Source: Daphnia carinata
Lineage: Eukaryota
DNA length: 64,000 bases
Direction: 5' to 3'
Assembly (NCBI RefSeq): GCF_022539665.2
Contig: NC_081332.1
Span: forward strand, 4,712,001 to 4,776,000
Shown here: in pieces, positions 34,901 to 45,900 of the stretch
How the letters are laid out: each line of letters starts with the position of its first letter
Numbering within the stretch: position 1 is the first letter of the stretch
Program-made: the position numbers and the translations under genes
The notes under the pieces: model-generated
Told to the model about the DNA's origin: nothing
The model's database searches: none
The model's input: only the letters and a program-made list of their open reading frames with translations

Positions 34901-37900
34901 CGAAAAGAGGAGTGATGGTCGGAAAGGACAGAACAAATGTACTTGACTGTCGTTTATCTTCCGCACTCGAAATCATTTATAATCCAAACGCTTTCAAGTC
35001 ACGGAAACCGCGGCGGATGTCCATACGCCCTTTTCCCCGGTTTTTGAATGCGAAACGGGAAGTAACGATGACTCAGCACGCATGTTAGGCTCGTTAGGGC
35101 ACATAAGTACATTACCAGTTCATTTGCACATAAACGCTGGACCGTTTCCTGCATTGTTGTGTTGATGACGTTTACAATGTAAAGATTATTAATTTATTTT
35201 TCTATTTTTATTGTTTTGTTATGTGCAGCCAATTTGATGGTGGGAATGGGTAAGGAAATGCCTGGCACACATGTCGTTATTTGTCAACGGCCGAATGAAT
35301 TTGGTTTTTCGATTTCGGAGCATTAGATCTGGACGGCGGTCGATTTTTCTTCAACGCCGTCAAGGAAGGCGACAGTGTCGTCTTTGCCGCCGACGACGAA
35401 GCCGAGTCGCATCTCTGGGTGATGGCCCTCTACCGGGCGACCGGACAGTCGCACAAGCCCGCACCGCCTCTGACTCCATCGGGCAAAAGTTCCACCATCG
35501 CCAAGATCCAAGGAGGTAGTGTCACCGTTCCAAGTTCCGAAAATCTCAGCCAAAATAAACAAACGCTAATTTAATTAATTTTCTAGACACGGATCGTGCT
35601 CGCAAACACGGAATGGAGGAATACATCTCGGCCGATCCGGTCAAGTTTGATCATTCGCTCCTTTTCAAACTGGTCCAGACGCTGACGTTGGATTTCCGGT
35701 TGAACGATCCTTTTGCTTCTTTGGTATCTAAGACGCGTCCTACTTCCCTTCCTCCATCTTATTTATTTCTTTCCTTGTATCATCCCTTTTTTTTGTCCAT
35801 CTTCTTCAATAGGGTTGGTTCTCACCCGGACAAATCTTCGTATTGGACGAGTATTGCGCTCGCTACGGAGTGCGGGGATGCTACCGCCATTTGTACTACC
35901 TGGCCGATTTGCTTTACAGAGCAGAACGCGGAATGATGATCGATCCCACTCTGATTCATTATTCCTTCGCCTTCTGTGCTTCGCACGTTCACGGAAATCG
36001 GTATGGGATCATTTTTGTTCTATTATTTTTAACGTGCAATTACAGTTAATAATTTTCCTCCTTAAAGAGGCGAATTCTTATTGCTAATTCACTTCGGGTA
36101 ATTTGGCACTAGCTTTAGCCGTGATTTATCGCGTTCAGTACTTCGCATAAAATAACTATTTAGCAGTCGGCTGCATAAGTTTCTAAACAGATTACTGTCG
36201 GACTGTTTTTTAATAACCCGACGTCCGTTTGATATTCATTAAATACCCCAGTTTGAATCAAATAACAAACCTACTGTGTGTGATAAATGATAAATGCTAT
36301 TGAAAGGGGAACACTTTCTCTTTCCCTCCTAATTTTCTGTTCAGAATGCAATATTTGAGTTATTTCGTTTAAATAGCTGTTGGCCAAACTAAAGGTGCAT
36401 TCATTGCGTCCAGTATCATCTTGTTAATTAGACCTGGGCAGTAGATTGTTAAACTGAAGCGCTCTTCGTTGGTGGCTTCAATTCTAATAATTTTTTTTTT
36501 CCGTTTTTTTTATTTCCATCTTTTTTTTCAATTATTATTTCCTAATTATCTTCTATTTATTTACCTTTCTTTTGTCCTGCCGACGCCTTGCTGTTCTCTG
36601 AACCGGCTCCAAAAACAAACAAAAAAAACTTAACACGTTCAAACACCGTATCCATTAATGCTATGATTGCTGTCTGTTCAAAATCAAAATCCATAAACAA
36701 AAACGAAACGTTTAACTTTTAAAAACAAAACCATAATCATGTAGCCACTCGGACGGGGATGTGCTTGCCCCTGCCAGGTAGGCTTTTAATTGCTCTGGAA
36801 CAACCTTTTGTTAACACTTTCCTACTCCTATTGTGTAGTTGAATTGTTTATGTTTCCTATTAACCCAACTCGTTTGTCGTTGATGCATTTTCTGTGGTCC
36901 CTCCCTCCCCCCACTTTTGTTACAATTTTTCCTAGTTACTCGTAGTGAAATGTGTGACTTAATCGTGGAATCGCCTTTTAATGGATTCAGTTGGTCAGTA
37001 TTACGTTCTCGTTCGTCCTGTACGTTTGTCCTTGTGTGACGAATCCGTTTCAACCGTGCGTGACACACTAAACGAAAACTGAAACATTTCGTTTGCTTGC
37101 GAGCATCTACCCATTCCAGAACAAAACCCCCTGTTCAGCAAATCAATGTGTTCTGTCTTGAATGCCGAAACACAAGAAATCAGTCGGAAAACGGGGCCTG
37201 ATTTTTAACGAACGTTCGCTATTTGTAGGCCTGATGGCGTGGGCACAGTCACGCACGAGGAGAAGGACAAGTTTCAAGAAATCAAAGAGCGGCTTCGCGT
37301 TCGTCTTGAATATCAAATCACAAATTTTCGGTAAATTTTTTTCAATTGTTGTTTTTCTTTATTTGTATATCACTTTAAAATGTGATCGATAGATCGTGTT
37401 TTCCATTCGGCCGTCCCGAAGGAGCGTTGAAAGCTACTCTATCACTTATGGAACGGGTGAGTGAAATTGATATTAGAGCAATAAAAGAATTCCAATAAAG
37501 ACGTGCTTTGTTTCAACTATGCGTGTTTTGAAAATCTTTAGGTTTTAATGAAGGACATTATGACTCCCGTTCCAGCAGAAGAAGTTCGTGCTGTCATTAA
37601 GAAATGCCTTGAGAACGCGGCGCTCATCAATTATAACAAGCTGGCCAGTGAAGCCAAAGTGGAAGGTTAGTTTCCATCCTCAGTTGCTGGGTTCTGAATA
37701 TTTTATTTCTGACGCTTTTTCAAAAAAATTCCGCATTGCTTTTTTATTCGTTAGGAGCCGAGACCACGATTCAAGGTAAGTGCCATCGCTTTTGCTATGC
37801 TCCAAATATGATTTGTCTTTTAACGTAATTTAATTCCAATTTCTATCGTCTGCCCAGATGATTTGAGTGGCGAACAGCCGGGCGTACCTCCCATGAAGAA

Positions 37901-40900
37901 ACTGGAAGATCTCATTCATTTAGCTGAATTATGTGTCGATCTACTCCAACAGAATGAAGAACACTATGCTGAGGTAATGTAACAGTCCAATTGATTTTAA
38001 ATGAACTTTGCTAGATGCCTAATGCTGAGAAAGGGGCTGCACTTGTGGTACTTGTGCTAAATCCAAAGAACAAAATTTGTGTTAGAAAATGTAAAGCAAA
38101 AAGATGTGGTGAACCCTACGATAACCAAAGCTGCCAATCCCATAAATGGCCTAATTTGGCTTTGCCTTTTTGTGCTATAACCATTACGTGTTCCAACAGC
38201 CACACGCTCTCTCTTCTTACTTTCAATGTGACGCTTAATATTTCAATCCGATCATCTCGACTCGTCTGTATTAATGTTCCATCTTCATCATTGAAGACAC
38301 TTGAGCTTCATTCTTAGTCTTGGTTTTCTCTTTTTCTCTTTCTGATTTCTTGACCCTCAAACCATCTTGCCTTGCTGCTTGTTCGGTGTCTGTTGTTCAC
38401 AAAAAAGGCTTTCAAAGGGGTGAGTGTTGACGGTTTCTATTCATCTTTTTTCATTTGATTCTTCTGACACATCTTTTACGCCGTTGAATTCTCGCTTTTC
38501 GACGTCAACTTTCATTTCAATTCACGTGCAGATATAATGTGTGTTTTTCATCTCTGTTCTTTCTCTCTGTTTTTCCCTCTTTCCTACTCAACTGTCGCTC
38601 AAAATCTGTCTCTGTCCCTCTCATTCGCACAAATCAGGATCAAGTGAGTATGAACGGCTTCTCCATGTCTTCACTCTGTTTCCTATTAGCTATCACACAA
38701 CCTAACGTCTTTAGTCGGTCGCCCATCACTGCTCTAGTTGTCCAGCTTTTTACCCCTAACTTTAAGACCCATGATGCCTATAATAATAGTAGACGCAGAT
38801 CGCGGTTGCCAAGTAGATGCTCGTAGTGTTAAGTTAATTAATGCGGATGACCTGGAACATAAATTTTGCTGAATGTAACGCAGGCATTTGCCTGGTTCAG
38901 CGACTTACTGGTGGAACACGCCGAGATATTTTGGTCATTCTTCGCCGTCGACATGGACGCCGTTCTCGCTGAACAATTGCCCGACACTTGGGACTCGTTC
39001 CCGCTGTTCCAGATCCTTAACGACTACCTCAGAATGGACGGTGCGTTTGATTCCTACATCTTTGATTCGAATTACTAATTGTGGTATTCAATTACAGATA
39101 ATTTGAAGAACGGCCGGTTCCATCAGCATTTGCGCGATACCTTCGCTCCACAAGTCGTCCGATATGTTGATCTGATGGAGTCTAGTATAGCCCAGTCGAT
39201 CCACAAGGGATTCGAAAAGGAAAAATGGGAGATCAAAGGGTGAGAACGGTGTTATCAATTTTTGATTATGTTTGACATTAATCGTTTATTAAAACAGGAA
39301 TGGCTGTTCGACTTCGGAGGACCTTTTTTGGAAGTTAGATGCCCTCCAGTCGTTTATTCACGATCTGCATTGGCCAGATGCCGAATTTGCCCGTCACTTG
39401 GAACAACGGCTGAAGCTCATGGCTTGTGACATGATTGAATCATGCATTCAAAGGTTTTCTTTTTGTTTTTTTCTGTCAAAAGAAATGTAAACATCGTTCG
39501 CTTCTAAACTTTATAGGACAGAGAACGCTTTCCAGCAATGGCTAAAAAAGGGAGTCACCTTCAATTCGACAGATTATGTCCTGCCTGCTGAACTCTGTGC
39601 TATGGTCAACGTAGTGCTCGATGCCAAGCAACAGTCTTTCAAACTTTGTGCTGTTGACGGAGTTGATGTGGTAAGTTTATGCAAAGGACATCGCCAACAG
39701 CAAACTCTCTGACTCTGAATCCCTTCATAGCATCAATATCATACCAAAATCGACGAGCTCATCGAGAGAACTTCCTCCACCATGTCCCAAGGTAAAAATC
39801 AAAGCTTAATTTTTAAACCATGCTCTTCTTTTATCGCAATTATGTACGACAGGTGTCGTCAGTCGGTTGCTATCAGTTCTCGAGTCGGTGATCAGCAAGT
39901 TGGCGCGCTACGACGAGGGATCCATCCTCGGATCGATCCTTTCTTTTACGGTAATCTCATTTCAACGTTCACGAATGATTTTTCTTCCAGTTATTTCCAT
40001 TGAATGCCGACTGTTCTCTCTTTAACCTTCTCGTTTTTACTGCCACTGACGAGAAACTTTTGGCTTGCCCATTTGGGCTTACCTTTACCTACTTTGGTCT
40101 ACGATGCAGCACCTTCGCTGCCAGGGTTCTCGTTGATGGAATTTTAAACTCGTATCTTTTATTCAGTTCTGCAGTTATTTTTATCTATGCAAGTGGCCTT
40201 ACCACGAATATCTACGCATGACTTTTCTTACAATTTCTTTTTTCTTTTTGTTTTCTATGGTCTTGTCTTCCCCTTTTTTTCTCTCCCCTTTGGCTCTCGT
40301 TTTTTCCACTCCGATCGAAATTCTTTCCCTCTCCTGCTGGTATCCGTTTGTGTGTGTGAATGCCATCTTTCGTGGACGGCGTTTAACCAATGACAGTACA
40401 AGCAGAATGTTTCGGGATCGGGCCGAGATCTTGGCCAAGCCTATGTCAACTTCACTCGCAACTCCATGGACCAAATCCGCAGCAAAGTTAATGACGAACT
40501 TTGGATTCTCAACTTGTTTGACGTAACACTTTGAATTTAATTATCGATTCTTAGGATGCAATCTTTTTCAAACATTCTTCTTACTTTAGGCATGGTATGC
40601 AGCCCAGATTCAAATGCTGGGCACATGGCTGGCCGACCGGATGAACCACTCTCTCCATCCCTATCAATGCACTTGTTTAGCTCACATAGTCAAGGTACTT
40701 TTTCGTGTGTTGATGCCCAGGCTCTTTTGATAGTAGTAGTAGTCATTACCTGCATTAGTCTTTTACCCTGCATGGTTTTTAAAACAATTTTTCTACCTTA
40801 TTTGGTTGTTCCTCGACCACCGAGTGTAGAAATTGCCTGCTGATTTAGAAGTCCACGGGATGTTGCCAACATCGCTCCACGGTCGTGACGCTGTGGTAGT

Positions 40901-41596
40901 AGCGCAACGTATCGCTACCGAGCAACAACAGCTGATTCGTGCTGGAAAAATAGAGTAGTCTGTTATCGTGACGTAGTAGCTTCTTGTACGTGGCATGGAT
41001 CAGTGTAAGACACGCGTTTTCTTTTGTTCTCCAACTAATATCTTTTATGTTTTGCTCTTCGAAATTCTTATTTTTGTATCGTCTTAATTCTTTGATTTAG
41101 ATTGATATAGAATACTTTGCATATACTCGATAAAATCTATAACCGTTCTTGTTTTTATTTTAGAAATTGTACACGGATTTTGAACTGCAAGGCGTCATCG
41201 AAGAGAACTTGAATTCGAGACTGTATCAGACTGTGTCGACGCGAATGCAAACGGAAGAGGCCACTTGTGCTCTCACCATGGGCATGAGGTAAGTCATGGT
41301 GTTATTTATTCAAATGATAAAATCTCGAATAATTTTGAATGCTCTATAGCGGTTACAATGAAATGGGTGGGGATGAAGAAGCAGAGTCTCGACCAAAGGT
41401 CAAAATCAGTGAAACATCACAAAGCAGTACGGGAAGCGCTGGTATGGGATCGACATCTTCTTTGGATCCGGCTACTTACGTCAACAAAATTAGTAACGTG
41501 ACTACCCAGGTGGTTGGTCGAATGGGCAATGTCTTTGGCAAAGGGCTTGGTGGTTTAGGTGGTAAACTCGGTGGTGGGCCATCTTCATGGTTCTAA
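26314..41596 (+). CDS. CADPS: Calcium-dependent secretion activator CAPS (C2, PH, DUF1041/MUN domains; dense-core vesicle priming)
   Basis: Diagnostic segments: [10 protein letters not shown] start; [52 protein letters not shown]2 [108 protein letters not shown]. Core exons: 26314-26621, 29615-29783, 29859-30017, 30119-30374, 30906-31090, 31199-31279, 31527-31699, 32248-32341, 34017-34138, 34211-34355, 34439-34545, 34677-34852, 35229-35249, 35327-35515, 35587-35723, 35813-36000, 37229-37330, 37393-37456, 37542-37665, 37858-37973, 38884-39040, 39098-39239, 39298-39453, 39517-39670, 39731-39791, 39853-39950, 40406-40522, 40590-40694, 41164-41288, 41350-41596. Confidence 0.96.
31929..31952 (+). 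CDS. CAPS 24-nt microexon (KRRSSLLR) with GC 5' splice site
   Basis: CTCAG|GAAACGGAGGAGCTCGTTGCTCAG|GCAAGT; phase 2-2 matches flanking exons 31699 and 32248. Confidence 0.7.
35229..35249 (+). CDS. CAPS 21-nt microexon in the PH domain (ANLMVGM)
   Basis: GTGCAG|CCAATTTGATGGTGGGAATGG|GTAAGG; phase 1-1. Confidence 0.8.
36745..36777 (+). CDS. CAPS 33-nt microexon ([11 protein letters not shown])
   Basis: ATGTAG|CCACTCGG...CCCTGCCAG|GTAGGC; phase 2-2, inserted in HGNR^PDGVG; about 280 nt AG-free zone upstream. Confidence 0.7.
37755..37775 (+). CDS. CAPS 21-nt microexon (GAETTIQ)
   Basis: CGTTAG|GAGCCGAGACCACGATTCAAG|GTAAGT; phase 1-1. Confidence 0.75.
38408..38419 (+). CDS. CAPS 12-nt microexon (AFKG)
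   Basis: AAAAAAG|GCTTTCAAAGGG|GTGAGT; phase 0-0. Confidence 0.6.
38638..38643 (+). CDS. CAPS 6-nt microexon (DQ)
   Basis: About 105 nt pyrimidine-rich AG-free tract, then AAATCAG|GATCAA|GTGAGT; phase 0-0. Confidence 0.6.
40830..40958 (+). CDS. CAPS duplicated alternative exon giving a different, shorter C-terminus
   Basis: GTGTAG|AAATTG... encodes [42 protein letters not shown]. Aligns without gaps to exon 41164 ([31 protein letters not shown]), 11 of the first 31 residues identical; same phase 0. Confidence 0.75.
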   Translation, partial: KLPADLEVHGMLPTSLHGRDAVVVAQRIATEQQQLIRAGKIE

Positions 41597-42507
41597 CAAA
41601 AAAAAATAATAATTTAAGATAACAAGATTTTGATCAATGAAAGGAGGCCAGTGCCATTGAGTTGTGTATCTTACTATCCTACTTGATCTTCTATTGACCC
41701 CCCCCCACTATCCTCCTACTCACCTGTCAACACCTTTCACACACATAGTTGACTATCATGATCAAACAAATTTTAATTCTTATGAAGGCAGAAATGCCAA
41801 GAGTCAAAACTAGCCTGTTTATTAAAGAGAGACTACGCTGTCTTTCAGTTATCGTGTGGCTAGTCAGTATTACGGTGCGTGCGTTATATCCTGCCTGCAT
41901 TGCTGGTGAATATACATAAGCTGTACATAGATCTAGACTTGAACAAGTTTCGCTCTTTTTATTGCATCCCTCTTTTGTCACCTGTTCTTTTTTTCAATTC
42001 GCTCTGACTCTTCTTTTCTTCTCTTGACCCATGCTTCTCTTTCTTATAAAAAGGCAAAAATAACTTTCGACGTCTCATTCCCGTGTGTTCAACAACTCGT
42101 TGTCCATTTTCCCTCTTGTTATCCAGCACTTCTGATGTGGTAGTGGCCTCAAATTCTTGTTACTTAAAATACAATTATTCCAATTGATTTGCCACATTGT
42201 CTCTTCTTGTGCAAACGTTTTGGCACACTTATTTTTTCTAGGTATTGAACGAAATATGAGACTTGTCGATTGTGTTTTGAATCCTTTTCTATTATCTATA
42301 CACATGTATTACATCACCGTAAGGGACATTCAATTGAAATGACAGTGAACCCCAGACCCACTGCCACGACCCCGAGAGATAGTATAATAACTTGTGATTG
42401 ACGGATACGAGAGAAAAGTAAACAGCATCAATAGTCCATTCGTCTGCTTGAAGATTGCATTGTTCTTTTTTTGTTTCTCCTTCTCTCGTATCTTTTTCAC
42501 TGTTTGA

Positions 42508-42513
42508 AATAAA
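42508..42513 (+). terminator. Candidate CAPS polyadenylation signal AATAAA
   Basis: AATAAA about 910 nt after the CAPS stop, followed by GT-rich sequence (GGTGTATGTGGTTG). Confidence 0.5.
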
Positions 42514-42919
42514 CAATTAAGCATTAGGTGTATGTGGTTGAAATTTGCCCGTCGTTGTTTTAGGGTTGAGAGTGTTTTGCTTTGTTAAAGACCTTGACGG
42601 TATGGGTTGGGGGGTTTTGGTGCAAAAAGAGAGAGGAAGACATTTTGTCAAATGCCATTAGCGCTGCTTGGAGCATCATTGAAACTGAAATTACATAGTA
42701 TCCAAGCAACGCCGATGCGGGAAGAAAGGGTAACGTTTTTCCTAAATCGTGAAACGTAAGAGCCATCAGTGGGACAAAGCAACTCAACTTTGAACTCAGT
42801 AATTATGTCGTTTTTTTGTTCAGTTAAAATTGGTTAGTAAAGAGACGAAATTATTTTTCAATTTAAATATCTTAATTTTTTTTTTTTACACTTATAAGAG
42901 AAAGCGAACGACATGGTTG

Positions 42920-45900
42920 TCAGGCCATTTTGAAAGTGACTGGCCGATAGATTTCCTTGGCGGCAGAAGTCCAACCACGAGGTGCAGTATTATAGTTAGT
43001 GTAGTCTGCTAAAGAACGACGATTCAGTGATAGAGAAGATTCCCCGTCGGTCGTGTTGATCAGCGTCTTGCCTAAAAGATTATTTTAGGTCATCATCCAA
43101 TGTCAAGGTGAGTCTTTTTTAATTATTGCTGCATACCTGTTGAAGGCTGTCGTAGTTGTACAGCAGGGAAAGGTTCCAACATTTGAAGTGTTGGCTGATG
43201 TTGTTGGATAATCGTTGGGGCTTGATTATGGCTGGCCGCCATTGCAGGCTTGGGTATCGAAGGGGTAGATTCATTTTGATGATTCATTTCCATCGTTCTC
43301 GGTATACCCAATGGTTTACTTTGAAGAGGAATAGCGTTTTCTTTCGAATTGCATACAGATCGTACGTCATTTTCTTTTGCTGGCATTATTGTGGCTGGGG
43401 GGGCTTTATTCCTTCCAGTTAAAACCACGTGGGATGGCGTTTGAATGCCCGACTGTCGTGGCGATCCACTTTGCGATACAGACACTTGACCGATGTAATT
43501 CAGTGGGGGAGGTCCAGCAGATTCGAAACGTTGTACTTTTAGACGGACACTCAATTTAGCCAATTGAGCTTCTTGAGCCAGTCGCATTTCTTCAGTCATC
43601 ACAATTTGTTGCTGTTGCTGACGTTTTTGTAATTGCTGTTGTTCGAGTTGTTGCACCATTGCCTTTTGTTGTGCCTCTTGCTGTTTGCGTTGCAGCTCTT
43701 CTTGTTGTTGTTTTAGCTCCTGTTGTTTTTGCTTTCTTAGCTGCTCTTCTTCTTGCAGTTTACGAAGTTGCTCTTCTTGTTGTTTGCGTTGCAGCTCTTC
43801 TTGTTGTTTTCTTTGTTCTTCTTGGCGTTGTTTCAACGCTTCATCATTGACAGCAGACTCCGAAGCTCGTTTCTCGCGTTCCAGCAAAGCCTGTAAGTTG
43901 GGTCGAGAATCCAAAGGTGGCAGTTCCCACTGGACTGCTGGGGCAGCGTCCACATTCGCACTATCTGATGGTTCAGCAGTTTTCTCTGGAACAGGCCTCA
44001 GGGTGGGCAGAATTAATTCGGGTTCATGACGAACGATGGGCGGTGGCAATTGAGTAGCCGAGACACTACGCAAAACGGGCAGTTCAAATCCGAAAGGATT
44101 GTGTTTGCCATCTTCCAACACCTGGGCTGATTTCGGGGCATCTATCGCTTGATCACTAGCGCCATCTTGGTCACCAGTCACGGAGATGGGTGGCATCGTT
44201 ACGGGCCGTTGTTTTGGTTGGACGTGTTCCAATACGGGATTAGTGTTCGGTGTTGCAAAATCTACGGCGGACAAGGCATCGACTGCGTTTTTTTTTTCGA
44301 GTAAACAGGAAAAGAATTTAGAATGCGAAGCTTTTGAACCGAAACTACTTGACACGGTCAAAATGGCTAACTTATTTTTTTCTTTTACGGCTGCAGAATT
44401 CATGTGAGCAGGGCGGGGACATGCATGTTGTCGAATGTACAGTAATATAAGCTTACCTGGTCCGTTGCCCCACCCTTTAGGGGCTTTAGGCTTATAGGGA
44501 TTGACGTTGTCTGGGCGCAAGGGCGTGGGCACAAATGGCTTCTCCTCTTCGATGGACGCCTGCAGGGCCGTTTCGGATTCCGCAGCTGCCGACGTTTGCG
44601 GCTGAGCTTTGAAGTTGGGCAACATCTTGGGCACACTCTCCAGAGGTTTCATGTTCAACTTGGGCTGAACCGGGGCGGCCGCCGATAGCGTCGTTGTTGG
44701 CATCGGTGGCAACGGTTCCATTTTGCGTTCCAAAATTCCCGATTGATTAGCTACTCCCGATAGACGATTAGCACGAAGATCTTGGAACGCCGTGTCAACC
44801 GTCCCGTCTTCCAGCGCGGCCTCCCACGGCGATTTGACCAACTTCAGTCGAGGTCCGCTAAGGGCATCCTTTTTGAAAAAAAAAAAACCCATTTGAATCC
44901 ATCTTTGTTGAATTGCGGGACTTTTGAAAATTTTAATTTTGTCTAATTTCCAGACCTGGACGGCAGCCATTTTCTGTGCCTGGTCAACTCGAGCCTGTCC
45001 CATAGCAGTTGGGGCTGCAACGGCTCCGGTAGCGACAGCTGCCGCAGCCATCGCGGCTGCGTTGGCAACTTTTTGTTTGACGGTGTTTTCGTCGACGATC
45101 CACTTTTCCGACTTCTGCTTGCGCTTGGCAAAGAGTGCAGCGCCTAAGTGACGGGACCTTTAACGTTTAAGCATTCATTCATCTATTGAATAGCCATAAT
45201 TGCGCTAACCTTTTCCTTTTGGCGTGTGCAAATCCTTGACGAGGCTGGAGCAGATTTCGGGACTCAGCGGCGGCGCTTCGATGTGCATGCCCGTATTGCG
45301 CAATGATTTTAAATCCCAAATTTGCCCTTTGGGGTTCATCAATAATTTGAGCGGCGATTTAGCTCTAAATTGGATCTCCTGGAGAGGCAGGAAAAGACAA
45401 TACAAAGTGACGTAGATTAATATTCAGCGCTCAAATTGGATTACAACCGTTGGGTGGGTAGAGAGTGGGGGCAAAGAAAATTGCATCATCACCTGCGCTC
45501 CAATGTTTGGTATTTTAAAAGTCATTCGACCGTCATCATCGGCTTGATGGGAGTTGTCAATTTTATTTTGCTGATCCCCAGCGTGATCGTCATCGACACC
45601 TCCATGTAGATTGGCTACAGACATTGTAAACATCAGGGTGTGGATAAGGGAAAAAAAGCAATTCATTAGTTTAAAAACTTCGAGTTCCTCTCTCTCTTAA
45701 TGTTTAACGAGTCGACAGGCTAGTATTATTTGTCTGACATTGAAAAGTTATATATGCGTCTGGGTGCCCGCCTTATTCTCCTTGATATTCACAGTGTCAT
45801 GTGGTGGTTTCGTTTCCCTTTTGGAGGGTTGATCTCCTGAGCTACAGCTATTTTTAGTGGGGGGGGGGAGGGGGAGGGAGGACTACGACTACCAAGTTCT

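Noticed and set aside
42875..42922. Leaky stop context TGA-CAA-CCA (CARYYA-like) at the end of the synaptopodin-like gene
   Set aside because: The extension is only 15 codons (QPCRSLSLISVKKKN) and runs into a poly-A tract; no support without conservation or Ribo-seq data.
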